64,000 nt of DNA from Octopus vulgaris (Eukaryota): the NCBI GenBank assembly GCA_951406725.2, contig OX597817.1, positions 43,152,001 to 43,216,000 of the forward strand, given 5' to 3'. Numbering within the stretch: the first letter of the stretch is position 1; each line of letters starts with the position of its first letter. Positions 1-12,130 of this stretch are shown in pieces. The position numbers and the translations under genes are program-made. The notes beneath the pieces were generated by a model. The model made no database searches. It saw only the letters and a program-made list of their open reading frames with translations, and was not told the origin of the DNA.

Positions 1-300
1 GAGAGAGAGAGAGAAGAAAAAGGAGTCTTACCATTGTCGTGATCCTGGTCCAAATCGTCTGGGATGAGAAAACCAAAGAGTTGTATGACCCATTTTTAAA
101 TATTTAAGAGATATGCACGAACAACGTACGTCAAGAGCAAGTGTTCAACATAAAAGGGAGGGAAGAAGGAAAGACTTCGCTTTATATAGGAATCCATCCC
201 ATAATTCATGGCTACATTCAAGGGAGATAATCTTCGAGATTATCGCATTTTTTTTACTTCCAAAATATGAATAGCAGAAAACAATTTATAGAACAAAAGA

Positions 301-677
301 AGCAGTATCGCCCGGCGTTGCTCGGGTTTGTTCCGACCCTTTAGAATTGGAATTTTTGAAAAGTAAAAATTTTGCATTATGTAGCTTGTTATTCTCTTTA
401 AGTGTACAATTTTCTGGTTGAAATACACCGAAAAAGGGCGACATAGCAATAAAAAAATAGGGATTTTCATAGAAAATAAGCACCTTTTTGATGTAAATAA
501 CTTTTGGTGTTAACATGGTCCGATTTGAATTTTTTCTTCTATGGAAGGTAGAGCAAGCCTTCTATCATAATCTCAATTTTGGTCAACTTGCGCCGCAGGG
601 TCTCGGAGTAGATAGTGTTAGTTGAAGGCTGCCAAACCTGCCATACATAGACAACTTCAGCTTTATATATATAGAGA
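301..677 (-). mobile_element. Non-autonomous Helitron-like element
   Basis: Minus strand begins TCTCTATATATATAAAGC and ends with the hairpin CCCGAGCAACGCCGGG; same architecture as 30628-31643. Confidence 0.6.
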
Positions 678-844
678 TAATAAATAAAAAAACTAAGATA
701 AAATGTTATAAAGTGAGTTTTTCTCAGTTAAAGATTTATTGTCTGGAATATTATGAAACTTTAGTTGTACATAAACGCTCCATTGGACTCAACCAAGCAT
801 AATTTTCAAATGATCCTTAGATCTATCTAACATCAACTGATGTA

Positions 845-992
845 TCATCTTCATCATCATCATTGTCATTTAACGTCCGCTTTCCATGCTGGCACGGGTT
901 GGACGGTTTGACTGAAGGCTGGCAAGCCAGGCTCCAGTCTGATCTGGCAAAGTTTCTACAATAGGATGCCCTTCCTAATGTCAACCACTCCG
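845..992 (-). mobile_element. SINE-like family C with RTE-type (GAT)n tail; other copies about 3812-4050(-), 5390-5810(+), 7960-8370(-), 8780-9245(-), 13985-14170(+), 54700-54910(+)
   Basis: Shared ...GGCATCCAGCTGTAGAAA...CAACCCATGCTAGCATGGAAA.CGGACGTTAAATGATGATG terminus in at least 7 copies. Confidence 0.8.
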
Positions 993-1959
993 AATTTTTA
1001 GAATGGCATTGTAGGGTATGTTTGAGAAACCTGATCTGGCTGATTTGAACATAAACCAGATAGAATAATCAGGCCGGATATGGCTCGTTTCAATGACAAG
1101 GGGTTGATAATGGAGATTAAATCCTTTCTTAAAGCTTAATATGATTTAGTGGAAAATGGGTAAAACACTTTAGTATTGAGTTCTTAGTCTTCAAATTGAT
1201 AGTATATATCTAAAATGGGAAGTAAATTAATCCGTTGTAAGTGATGTCTTTAGATCAAGCACATAATTCTTTCTAGTATAGGCTCAAAGCTTGAAATTTT
1301 GGAAGAGAGGGTTAGTCAATAACACTGACCCCAATATTTGAAAAGATGAAAGGCAAAGTTGACTTCAGCAGAATTTGAACTCAGAACATAAAGATGGACA
1401 AAATTTTGTTAAGTATTTTATCCAGTGCAGTAATGATTCTGCTAACTTTCCACCTCATAATGATCTGCTCAAAAAAGGTGCCACAGTATATCTAATAGGG
1501 ACTGAGTTTATATATCTCAAAATTGTATCCTGCTATTGTATAAAAACACCATGTAACACGATTTTTGTCCTTGGGTAGCAACTGTTACTTCCTTTTTGCT
1601 TACCCCCTAGAAAGTATGAAAAATGGCTAATATTTCCTTCAAACTTTACTTTTGTTACATTTATTCAAACTCCAAAGAATCCCTCTCAACATATGATTAT
1701 GATGCTTCCCACAACTCCTGCTCTTGATCAGAGATACACATATTGTCAGCCACTAAGGGATATACTCAAGTTGTTATATTCAAGTAACTGACAAGCGAAT
1801 CTTTGGTATTGAGCAGAATATTTGCTATGATGATATCTCTGCTTTATCAACTCAGCAATGACTCTGTCTGAAATGTGATGGGAAATGGGTCACAAAAGCA
1901 AAGTCTGAAGGGAATAGTAGTCATTTCCCTTGATTTCTAGGTAGAAGTAAAATAGAAAA

Positions 1960-2176
1960 TAACATTTATATTATTTACATTCAACGGATATTTGTCTCAT
2001 CTTGTTTGATATTAACACAACGTTTCGGCTGATATACACTCCAGCCTTCTTCAGGTGTCTTGGGGAAATTTAAAACCTGGGTTCTCATTCCTAAGGTATT
2101 TTTTGATGTTATTATTATTATTGTTATTGTTCAGGTCACTGCTTGGAATCGAACTCGGAATCTTGGGGGTTAGTAG
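1960..2176 (-). mobile_element. tRNA/B-box-headed SINE-like element carrying a hammerhead ribozyme (5' end truncated)
   Basis: Minus strand: B box GAGTTCGATTCC (2145-2156), (AAT)n linker, then the hammerhead at 2014-2059. Confidence 0.6.
2014..2059 (-). ncRNA. Type I hammerhead ribozyme (minimal, palindromic stem III)
   Basis: Minus strand GACAC-CUGAAGA-A-GGCUG(gaguguauau)CAGCC-GAAAC-GUU-GUGUU: stem I, core, 5-bp stem II, GAAA, NUH = GUU. Confidence 0.75.
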
Positions 2177-2462
2177 GCCAACCAAAGCCTTGTGAGTGGA
2201 TTTGGTAGGCGGAATCTGAAAGAAGCCCGTTGTATATGTGTGTGTGTTTGTGTGTCTGTATTTGTCCCCCAACATCACTTGACAACCGATGCTGGTGTGT
2301 TTATGTCCCCGTAACTTAGTGGTTTGGCAGAAGAGACCAATAGAATAAGTACTGGGCTTACAAAGATTAAGTGCTGGGGTCAATTTGCTTGACTAAAGGC
2401 AGTGCCCCAGCATGGCCACAGCCAAATGACTGAAACAAGTAAAAGAATAAAAGAGTAAAAGA
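2177..2462 (+). mobile_element. SINE family B, 5'-truncated copy
   Basis: Matches the family B body and (TAAAAGAG)n tail. Confidence 0.8.
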
Positions 2463-2734
2463 ATCTGTGTTTGGTTCTTGAGTATGTAGAGGTTGCTGTG
2501 CACATATATATGGACTCTTGTTTACATATGTATGGGTTGCAGTTAAGCACTAATTGTGACTTATGATTTGTTAGGAGTAATATTGCCTTATCCAATGTAT
2601 CCTTCACATTTTTCTACAATGATGTGGTGTCATTTGAGAAAAGATTTGGCTGTCATTTCAAACTAGTTGAGCAATTACCTGGAGGCTTCATCAACTAATT
2701 TTATATAAATCTAATGGCTTTAGGCAAAGTGTTT

Positions 2735-3100
2735 TATCTTTTATCTTTTACTGATTTTAGTCATCAATCTGAGGAAATTTTAGTCAAGTGAATTGACCCT
2801 AGAACTTATTTTTTAAAGCCTGGTACTTATTCTATCGGTCTCTTTTGCTGAACCACTAAGTTGAGGGGACATAAACAAACCAATACTGGTTGTCAAATGC
2901 TGGTGAGTGACAAACACAGACGCAAAGACATACAAACGTACATATGACAGACTTCGTTCAGTTTCTGCCTATCACATCCACTCACAAGGCTTTGGTTGTT
3001 CTGGGGCTGTAGTAGAAGATACTTGCCCAAGGTGCTACGCAGTGGGACTGAACTTGGAGCCATGTGGTTGGGAAACAAACTTCTTACTACACAGCCACAT
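2735..3100 (-). mobile_element. SINE family B, diverged copy
   Basis: Reverse-complement match to family B head and body. Confidence 0.75.
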
Positions 3101-3220
3101 CTGATACATAAGTGTTATGTCTTTAGGCAAAATGTTTCTTAAACTTCTTCAAAAATAATGTGACCTCATCAGTAGTGATATCAAGAGGGTTGGCCACCAG
3201 AAATTCTCACACAAATATCT

Positions 3221-3776
3221 AACCCTTTAGCATTCAGATTACTCTATCGAATGTAATGCTTATTTACTAACACTGTTCTAAATTAATTATGTGTTACCTC
3301 ACAGCTTTAACATTTCTACGATGCGATTGTTTATTTTTAGAATGAAATTATTGGGTAAGTGTGAGAGGCCAGATCTGGCTAGTTTGAACATAAAACAGGT
3401 AGAACATTTAGGCTGGATGTGGTCTGTTTAAATGATAAAAGGTTAAATTTGAAGCTCTGTCCAGCCCAAGTTTTTAAAGCACAGTGTCATATAACATAAT
3501 AGCACTGACAGGTAGGGAACGTTGATAAAATAAACTTTCAAAAATCTTAACAGTTTAGCATTTAAACCTGCCATACCCCGCCCAAATATGCTCCCTGATT
3601 TATGTTCAAACCAGCCAGATCCAGCCTCTTCTCACACCGACATTTCAATGTCATTCTAAAAATATACAATCACATCATCAAAATTCTGAAGCTGCAAGTT
3701 AATGCCTGATTAATTAAAAGCAATATGAATGAAAAAGCATTACATTTGACAGAATAATCTGAATGGTAAAGGATTA
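3221..3776. mobile_element. Two inverted copies of a ~225-bp TTAA-flanked MITE (about 3221-3446 and 3547-3776); partial copy about 995-1110
   Basis: Termini related to CCCTTTAGCATT...AATG(C)TAAAGGG with TTAA/CTAA flanks; the two bodies are reverse complements. Confidence 0.7.
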
Positions 3777-4216
3777 AGAGAAAATAAACAAGAGAACTGA
3801 TAATTCCAGAGTCATCATCATCATCATCATCATCATTTAACGTCCGCCTTCCATGCTAGCATGGGTTGGACAATTTGACTGAGGTCTGGCGAACCAGGTG
3901 GCTGCACCAGACTCCAGTCTGATCTGGCAGAGTTTCTACAGCTGGGTGCCCTTCCTAACACCAACCAATCCGAGAGTGTAGTGGATGCTTTTATGTGCCA
4001 CCGGCACGAGGGCCAGTCAAGCGGTACTGGCATCGGCCATGCTCAGGCGGTACAGGCAAAAATTATTAAAACCTTGTAAAATCCCTTTCACAGCACATGA
4101 CAAATAACTGTTAACTTTAAAAAATAATTTATCCATTATACAATTTATCCTTTATACAATTTCTAAACAATTGATAATTTAGACTGTAAAAGCAATATTT
4201 TGTCTTTCCAAATGCA

Positions 4217-4486
4217 TCAATTGTTTTGAGAGAAACCTGAAATTTGTTCTATGACTTCGGCTTGTTTCTCAGGTGATAAAGACTCATAGTGGGAAAGTTC
4301 CATTGAGAAGGAAGCCATTCCAGATGTTAAAGTTCTAAGTGTTGTTGTATAGCCAACCATTTCTGAAACAGGTGTTAAGGCTGAAATAAACTGTAAATCC
4401 TGCTGCTGTTGGATTGAAGCAATTTGGCTACGTCGTTTGGCTAAATCTCCAAGAACACCATTTAAATAAGTTTCTTCACAACTTAT
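4217..4486 (-). CDS. GFM2: GFM2 coding exon 8 (domain V and stop)
   Basis: cccag|[22 protein letters not shown]...[30 protein letters not shown]...FSQNN*; not in the ORF track. Confidence 0.95.
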   Translation of the reverse strand: MSCEETYLNGVLGDLAKRRSQIASIQQQQDLQFISALTPVSEMVGYTTTLRTLTSGMASFSMELSHYESLSPEKQAEVIEQISGFSQNN

Positions 4487-7400
4487 CTGGGAGAAAGAAA
4501 AACATCACATAAGTTCACATTGGAATGGAAGCATGATTCATGACAGACAAGATAAAAGAATAAAGGCTGTACTGAATTAAGTGTAATCTAATAAGACCTC
4601 ATAAAAAAATTGAATAAAACACATTACCCTACAAACTTATAGTAATGTGGAATCCTTTTATAGTAATGTAGAACTTCCAACCTAATTAACTCTCTTAATA
4701 TACACAAATCAATTCATAGAATTAACAATATCTTATAACTTTTCATTGGCTAATAATGCTTATTGTCACAAGGACTAGCAATAGCAATAATACATTTTGG
4801 AACTTAGTAACCTTTGTTGTTGACCTCATGTAAATATCACCATTAGTCAACGGATGACTATTTTATTGAAACTGCAAATCCAACATACTATTCCTCAGAT
4901 TTTAATCAGAGGAAGCTCAACCAGATGATGACAGTTTCTTCTTCAATTAGTTATAACAAAGGTTTGGTTTACTACACTGTGCCAGCAATCTCTTTCTCAC
5001 TATATTAGCTTTGGGAGGTCTCCAATTCCATGTTGGATGTCTCTGTTAATAAAATCAAAGTAGATGAATAGTCTTTATCCTTTAAACACCTGGTTTTGTA
5101 TCTGTTTAAGAAATCATTGTTACCTGAACGTTCATAAGAGGCTCCATAAGAAAAGTGTTGGCTTTACGCAAGGCTTTTTGAACTGCAGACATAACACAAG
5201 CGCTGATCATAGGAAGGGATGTTCTTGATCCAATGCTGACTTCATGAAGTGATACAGAAACATGAATGACAGGAAAGTTTAGTATCAAACCTGAATAAAT
5301 ATAGAATTACATAGACAGGATATTAACCAGTTATGATTAAATAAAGAAATCATCATTAATTTAGAAAAAAAAATCATTATTTTAATTATTAACATGGCAC
5401 AGGTGCCAGGGGAGGCTGGCAACGGTCAAGATTGGTTGGTGGCATGTAAAAACCACCAACTGATCATGGTCGTTGCCAGCCTCCCTGGCACCTGTGCCGG
5501 TGGCACGTAAAAAGCACCATCCGTATGTGGTTGATGCCAGCGCCACCTTGACTGGCTTCCGTACTGGTGGCATGTAAAAAGCACCAACCGATCGTGGACA
5601 TTGCTAGCCTCCCCTGGCACCTGTGCCGGTGGCATGTAAAAAGCACCCACTACACTCTTGGAGTGGTTGGCGTTAGGAAGGGCATCTAGCTGTAGAAACA
5701 CTACCAGATCAGACTGGAGCCTGGTGCAGCCTCCTGGATTCCCAGACACCGGTCAAACCATCCAACCCATGCTAGCATGGAAAACGGATGTTAAATGATG
5801 ATGATGATGTATAGTTGAATGTTAGGTCTTTGTTTTCATATTTTTGACAATAACATCTCGTAAGTGCTCACCTAAAACCTTCTTTAATCTTTTTGTGATT
5901 TTATTTGCTAATCCTATGTGATTCAGTTAGTTTTCAAAATAAGATTTTGGAGGGGTTTAGTTTCATTTATGCATAGGTATTACTAGTGTTTATTAAATAA
6001 TAACAGACGATAATCTTAAAACAAGGAGATTCTAATTTAAAAGAACATTTTAATATGGTTTATCTCAGGTGGATTGGGATTAAAAGAGTTGAATTGTGGT
6101 TAAGCCAGAATAAGATGTGAAGTTTTTTTTTGCACTAAAATATAAAGAAAATATTGCAAGATGATTAACATTAATAGCATTCAACTTATTAAATAGAAAA
6201 GATTCAGCTTAACAGCACTAACAGGCTATAAAAGACTGAATGAAGAAATGGAAGGCTAGGATCATAGCCAGTAAAAATACTGTGGAATTTATCTAATCTA
6301 TAATAGCATGAGAAAACATATAAAATAGACAGGAAACTAGAAAGAAACTGTCTCATAACAGGACTATAAATAAAATGGATTCAGCCCAGTTTTGCAGTAC
6401 CGTAAATCCTTGAATAAAATACGCAGGGTATTTTTAGGGGATTGTACCTCTGAAAAACCTAAACCTTGTGTATAATACGCACCCCTTCTCTAACTTGAGT
6501 CAAGGAGGTCTATATAACGTCCTTGGTTTGTAAAAAATGTATACGGTAACATTCTTTATTATTATTGTATATATGACATAAAGCAAACGTGTAGCATTTT
6601 TGTGCATTTTGTTTGCAGAAAATAAAGAAATAACAGTAATAACGTTTAATAAATGTTGCTTACTGCAAGTTATGGATGATTCTTTTATGACTTCATTGCT
6701 TTCGGGCTTAGCTTAAGGTATTTTCGCGCCCGACATCACAAAATGCATCTGAATAAAAATTGCCGAACCACAAATAGAGACTCGGACATTGTTTAGAAAA
6801 TATTTTTCATTTTTAACCTCGTATATAGTACACACTAGGAATTTTGACCTTTAAATTTTGGGAAAAGAATGCAGATTATACTTGAGGATTTATGGTATTA
6901 AGCAGATGAGAAACAAATTTTTCTTCTGAACAGGTTACCAGTTTATCTTAGGACACACCAACCATCAATTGTTCTGGTATCCATTCCTGACCTAACAAGA
7001 CGAGGCATGTAAAATAAAGTGTACTATTGAAATAAATGAGACATGTGAAATGGATTAGAACTCAAATATCTTTCAGTTAGTGATTCAATACTACAGTGTA
7101 GATCATGGAATGACTCATTATTTTTATATATTCCTTTACTATCCACAAGGAGCTAAACACAGAGGGGACAAACAAACGGATTAAGTTGATTATATCGACT
7201 CCAGTGCGTAACTGGTACTTAATTTATCGACCCCGAAAGGATGAAAGGCAAAGTCGACCTCGGCGGAATTTGAACTCAGAACATAACGGCAGACGAAATA
7301 CGGCTACGCATTTCGCCCAGCATGCTAATGTTTCTGCCAGCTTGCTGCCTTTCAACAACTCATTATTTTTATATTAACCATACTCAGTCCTGTGAAGACA

Positions 7401-10400
7401 CATAGCCTAGTGGTTAGGGTGTTGTACTCATGATCATGAGATTGCGGTTTCCATTTCCAGACTGGGCGGTGCATTGTGCTCTTCAGCAAAAGACTTCATT
7501 TCACATTGTTCCAGTTCACTTAGCTGTAAATGAGTAATCCTACAGCACACTGGTGTCCCATTCAGGGGAAGGGAAATGTTGTGATCACAGTATCTGAAAT
7601 GCCATGGAAACCAGGTAACTGATCCTATGAGCCTTTGAGACTGTACTTACTTTACATACTCAGCCATCCCATCAGCCACCTGTTCAAGACAACCCTTCCT
7701 TCTTGGATTAATTGAAAAAAAATAAAAAGAGCGGATGAGGAGGTATGAGGGGGTGCTGAGAAGTTCCTGGCTTTGGGTAAAAGAAAATACAGGAGGATCA
7801 GTTGATTATGATTTTATCCAACATATTCCCCTTTCAGATTCACACACTTATTGCAACAGGTCTTCAGTTTTTCTAAGCCCTTCCAACTTTTCAGCACCCC
7901 CTCATACATCATACTGCGTGTGTCATCTACAACTCTTCTGCAATCATGTGAATTTGAATTTCATTATCATCATCATCATTTAATGTCCATTGTCCATGCT
8001 GGTATGGGTTGGATGGTTTGACCAGGGCTGGTATGTCGGAAGGCTGCACCAGATTCCAGTCTGATTTGACATGATTTTCTATGGCTGGATGCCCTTCCTA
8101 ATGCCAACGACTCTAAGAGTGTAATAGGTGCTTTTATGTGCCACTGGCATGGGTGCCATTTGCGTGACACCAACAAGCATTTATGTGTCACTGGCACGGG
8201 TGCCACTTTGCGTGACACTGGTATCTACCACGACTGTGATTTTGCTTGGCTTGATGGATCTTCTCAAGCATGACATAATGCCAAGGGTCTTGGTCATTGC
8301 CTCTGTGAGGCCCAACACTTGAAAGGAACTCAGCCACTTTGCCTCCGTGAGGCCCAACGCTTGAAAGCAATAACTGGTCTCAAATGTTTGAGTAAAATGA
8401 AAAGAAAAATTTAAGGTAAGAACAGAATTTGTAACCTGCAGTTAAAGCTGATTTGACTCCGTTTTCAATGGCATTCAAATGGTTTCTGTGGATTTGTGTC
8501 AGATTGTTTTCTTTGGTGTGAATCAAATTCACATGCTGGAAGTTTCTTGTTTCACTTGGTTCCACAGATAATGCTATGAACATCTGATGGCGCTGTTCTC
8601 CAAGGGTCTTGTCTAGAATCTCACTGACATAAGCTCTAAAAGATTTAAAACCGAAATGAAATATAAAAAAGTTGTTGTAATGAATGGATATTAAAAAAAA
8701 GGGAAGAAAGAAACAATGATTTAAAATATTAATATACCTTATTAATGAATTTAAAAATGGAGATTTATTGAGCTTTATACATCATCATCATTTAACGTTC
8801 ACTTTCCATGCTAGCATGGGTTGGACGATTTGACTGAGGTCTGGTGAACCAGATGGCTGCACCAGACTCCAATCTGATCTGGCAGAGTTTCTATAGCTGG
8901 ATGCTCTTCCTAACACCAACCAATCCGAGAGTGTAGTGGGTGCTTTTATGTGCTACCGGCACGAGGGCCAGTCAGGCGGTACTGGCAACGACCACACTCA
9001 AATGGTGTTTTTTACATGCCACCTGCACAGGAGCCAGTCCAATGGCACTGGCAACGACCTCGCTTGAATGTTTTTTCACGTGCCACCAGCACAAGTGCCA
9101 GTAAGGCGATGCAGGTAATGATCTCGCACGAATGGTGCTTTTTTACGCGCCATTGGCACGGAGGCCAGCTTGTTGCTCTGGCAATGATCAAGCTTGAATG
9201 GTACTCTTAGCGCTCCACTAGCACGGATGCCAGTCATCGAATTTGATTTACACTAATCAACACTCTAAGTATTTAATGAATATATATGAGTAAGTTTGTA
9301 ATAAATTTCTTACGTCTCTTTGATGGTTTCTTTGTAAGCTACTTGTAGTGACCCAAGATGAACTTCTAAGTTATACTCTTCCTTAATTCTGTTGCGTATA
9401 ATATCCAAATGCAGTTCACCCATGCCACATAGAACAGTTTCACCTGTGTCAGGATTAATTCTTACAGACAAAGTAGGGTCTTCTTTTTGAAGGCATTCAA
9501 GTGCATAATCTAAATGTTTCTGATCTGATATAGAGTCAGCTTCAACAGAGCAGAAGAACACAGGGTCTGGAATATCTAAACCTGCTAAAACTGGGCTATC
9601 AATGTGGTTGCTTTCTTCTTCATCTTGCTGACTTAGACGATCCTTCTTGTAAAGTTTCATGGCAGCATCAGCTGTTGCATGATTTGTTACAAGACTGTCT
9701 CCAGTGATTGTCTGAAAAACAAAAAATATTTTCTTTTAATTAGATACAAGCAATGTTAACTAAAATTCATTCTTAGCAAATGCCATATCATGGTTACAAT
9801 AAACAATAAAAAATCTGAAATTTCTTCAACTTAATTGTTTATTCTTTTGCATTCAATGGATTTAAAAATGGAGATTTATTGAGATTTATACATTAAGAGT
9901 AAATCTCATATGAAACACAAAATTACTTCCTTGAAATAATTATGATTATTATTATTATTATTGATTTCAAATTGTTTTTTGTATCAGGTCAGCAATTTTG
10001 GGGCAGGGAATAAATTTAGTACATTGATCCCCAGTGCTATATTGAACTTATTTTATTGACCCCAAAAGGATGACAGGTAGAGTTACTGGGTAGAAAGGTT
10101 TTGAAAAATTTGGATGTTTGCATATGGATTGTTGAGACAAGTATTTTTATAATTAATTATTCATCTGTGGAATAGAAGTAACATCATTTTCCACTTGGTA
10201 GACTGAGTATATAAAATTGGAGGGAGGTATAATTCATAGTGAATTGCACTGATGCCAGTCACAAGCCCAGAAGAAGCAGGAGGATTGGGTGTCAGGCCAG
10301 CATTCCAGCCTTGCAAAAATCAGGAATTGCTAAAGAAATGGCAGGAGAAATTTATACCTCAATGAACAGGGACCAGGTCAACTTTACAACCAATGGCTTG

Positions 10401-12084
10401 TAAGGTGCCTCCCTCCAACATTGCAGCATTTATTGAACACCCAAGGTCAAAAGAAGTAGATGTTGAAAAAGAAGTTTTGACATTACCTGTTTAAATCCAG
10501 CAGCACAAACAATGCTGCCAGACGTTGCCCTGGATATATCTTCAAATTCATTGGCGTTCACTTGCAACAGCCTCATTACCTTCTCACTTTGTTTCTGGTT
10601 GACATTGTAAATAGAAGCACCGCTTACCAATTCTCCGTTGTATATGCGAAGAAATGTTAGCGGTCCACGTTGTTTGTCATGGATGATCTTAAAAGCCAAG
10701 CAAACTAAACTTTTGCCATAGTATTTTAAGAAGTCATGTTCGATGTCCAGAGGTGATGGTAAATAATGATTGATACAACTCAACAAATGTTGTACACCTT
10801 TGTTTTTCAACGAGCTGCCACATAAAACAGGTACAGCTTTTTGTTTTAATGTCACCTGTCTTATTGCTAAATGTATGGCTTCCGCTGGAATATCATTTAA
10901 ATCATAGTCTTGAAGTACATACTCAGCAATTGTTTCACTCAAATCAGATAACTGACCAATCAGATGAGTTCTGTGTGCCATAACTTCTTCAAAGAGATCT
11001 TCATTCGATTCATCGATTTTTTCAACACTAAATTGTGATCCATCTCGAGACTCCTTTGACCATGTCCACATTTCCAAAGTGACCAAGTCAACGAAACCAG
11101 TAAAATCTTTCCCACTCCCTAATGGAAAACACAACAATAAGGGTTCTATCAGTAGTTTGTGCTGCACTGATTGAAGACAATGTCTTACATTTGCTTTTGG
11201 TTTATCCATTTTGTTGAGAAAAATGATTTGAGGAACTGAATATCGACTTGCTTGTCTCCAAACTGTTAATGTCTGTGCTTCCACACCTTTAAAAAACAAT
11301 TTTAAACATATTTATTACAGTTATTGTATAGTTTTGATAATTTATAGACTGTAGGTTCAAACTTTGTTGAAAATATTGTGATCTTGCCTAAATATATCTA
11401 ATTTGAAAATAGGTCTCATTTCTACTTCACGATGAAGTAGTTAATAATAACTAGAAAGGAAAGCCTATTCTTTAAATTTGAAGACTAGCACAACTCATTC
11501 AAATATACATTCAACTTTACTCTGGTAGAATCTCCTAATATGATAATGAGCATAGTGTTTTTATATATTTGTATAAAATAAAACAAATGTGCCCTTTTAA
11601 AGCCTAGCCAGGCTCATGGGCCCGGTTTCCCAGTTTCTATGGTGTATGTGTTCCCCAGCTGGACAGGATGCCAGTCCTTTGCAGCGTTACTCATTTTTGC
11701 CAGCTGAGTGGACTAGAGAAATGTGAAATGAAGTGTTTTGCTCAAGAACATAATGCGTCCCCCGGTCCAGGAATCAAAACCACAATCTTACGATCTTGGT
11801 GCCGACACCCTAACCACTAAGCCACACGCCTCCACATATATTTGTGTGTTTATATATATATATATATAATAAAATATTAGGGAATAAATCCAAACTTACA
11901 GGGAAAAATCAGATTTAGGATTAAATCCAATTTTATAGTATAAATATATTATATTATATTAAATTAGAGATAAAACCACTATTAAGGCAAATCAAACAAT
12001 AAAAAACATAAGCCAATACATAAAATTAATTAATTTATATTATTTTAAATATATATCAAAATTATTAAAAGTTTAATAAAAGAT

Positions 12085-12130
<46 letters not shown>

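Noticed and set aside
3130-3175. Minus-strand CTGATGA followed by GAAAC
   Set aside because: No stem II or stem I pairing; chance match
7186-7377. Recurring [21 protein letters not shown] (also 29590, 40505, 58686, 59105)
   Set aside because: Antisense translation of SINE family A, not a protein family
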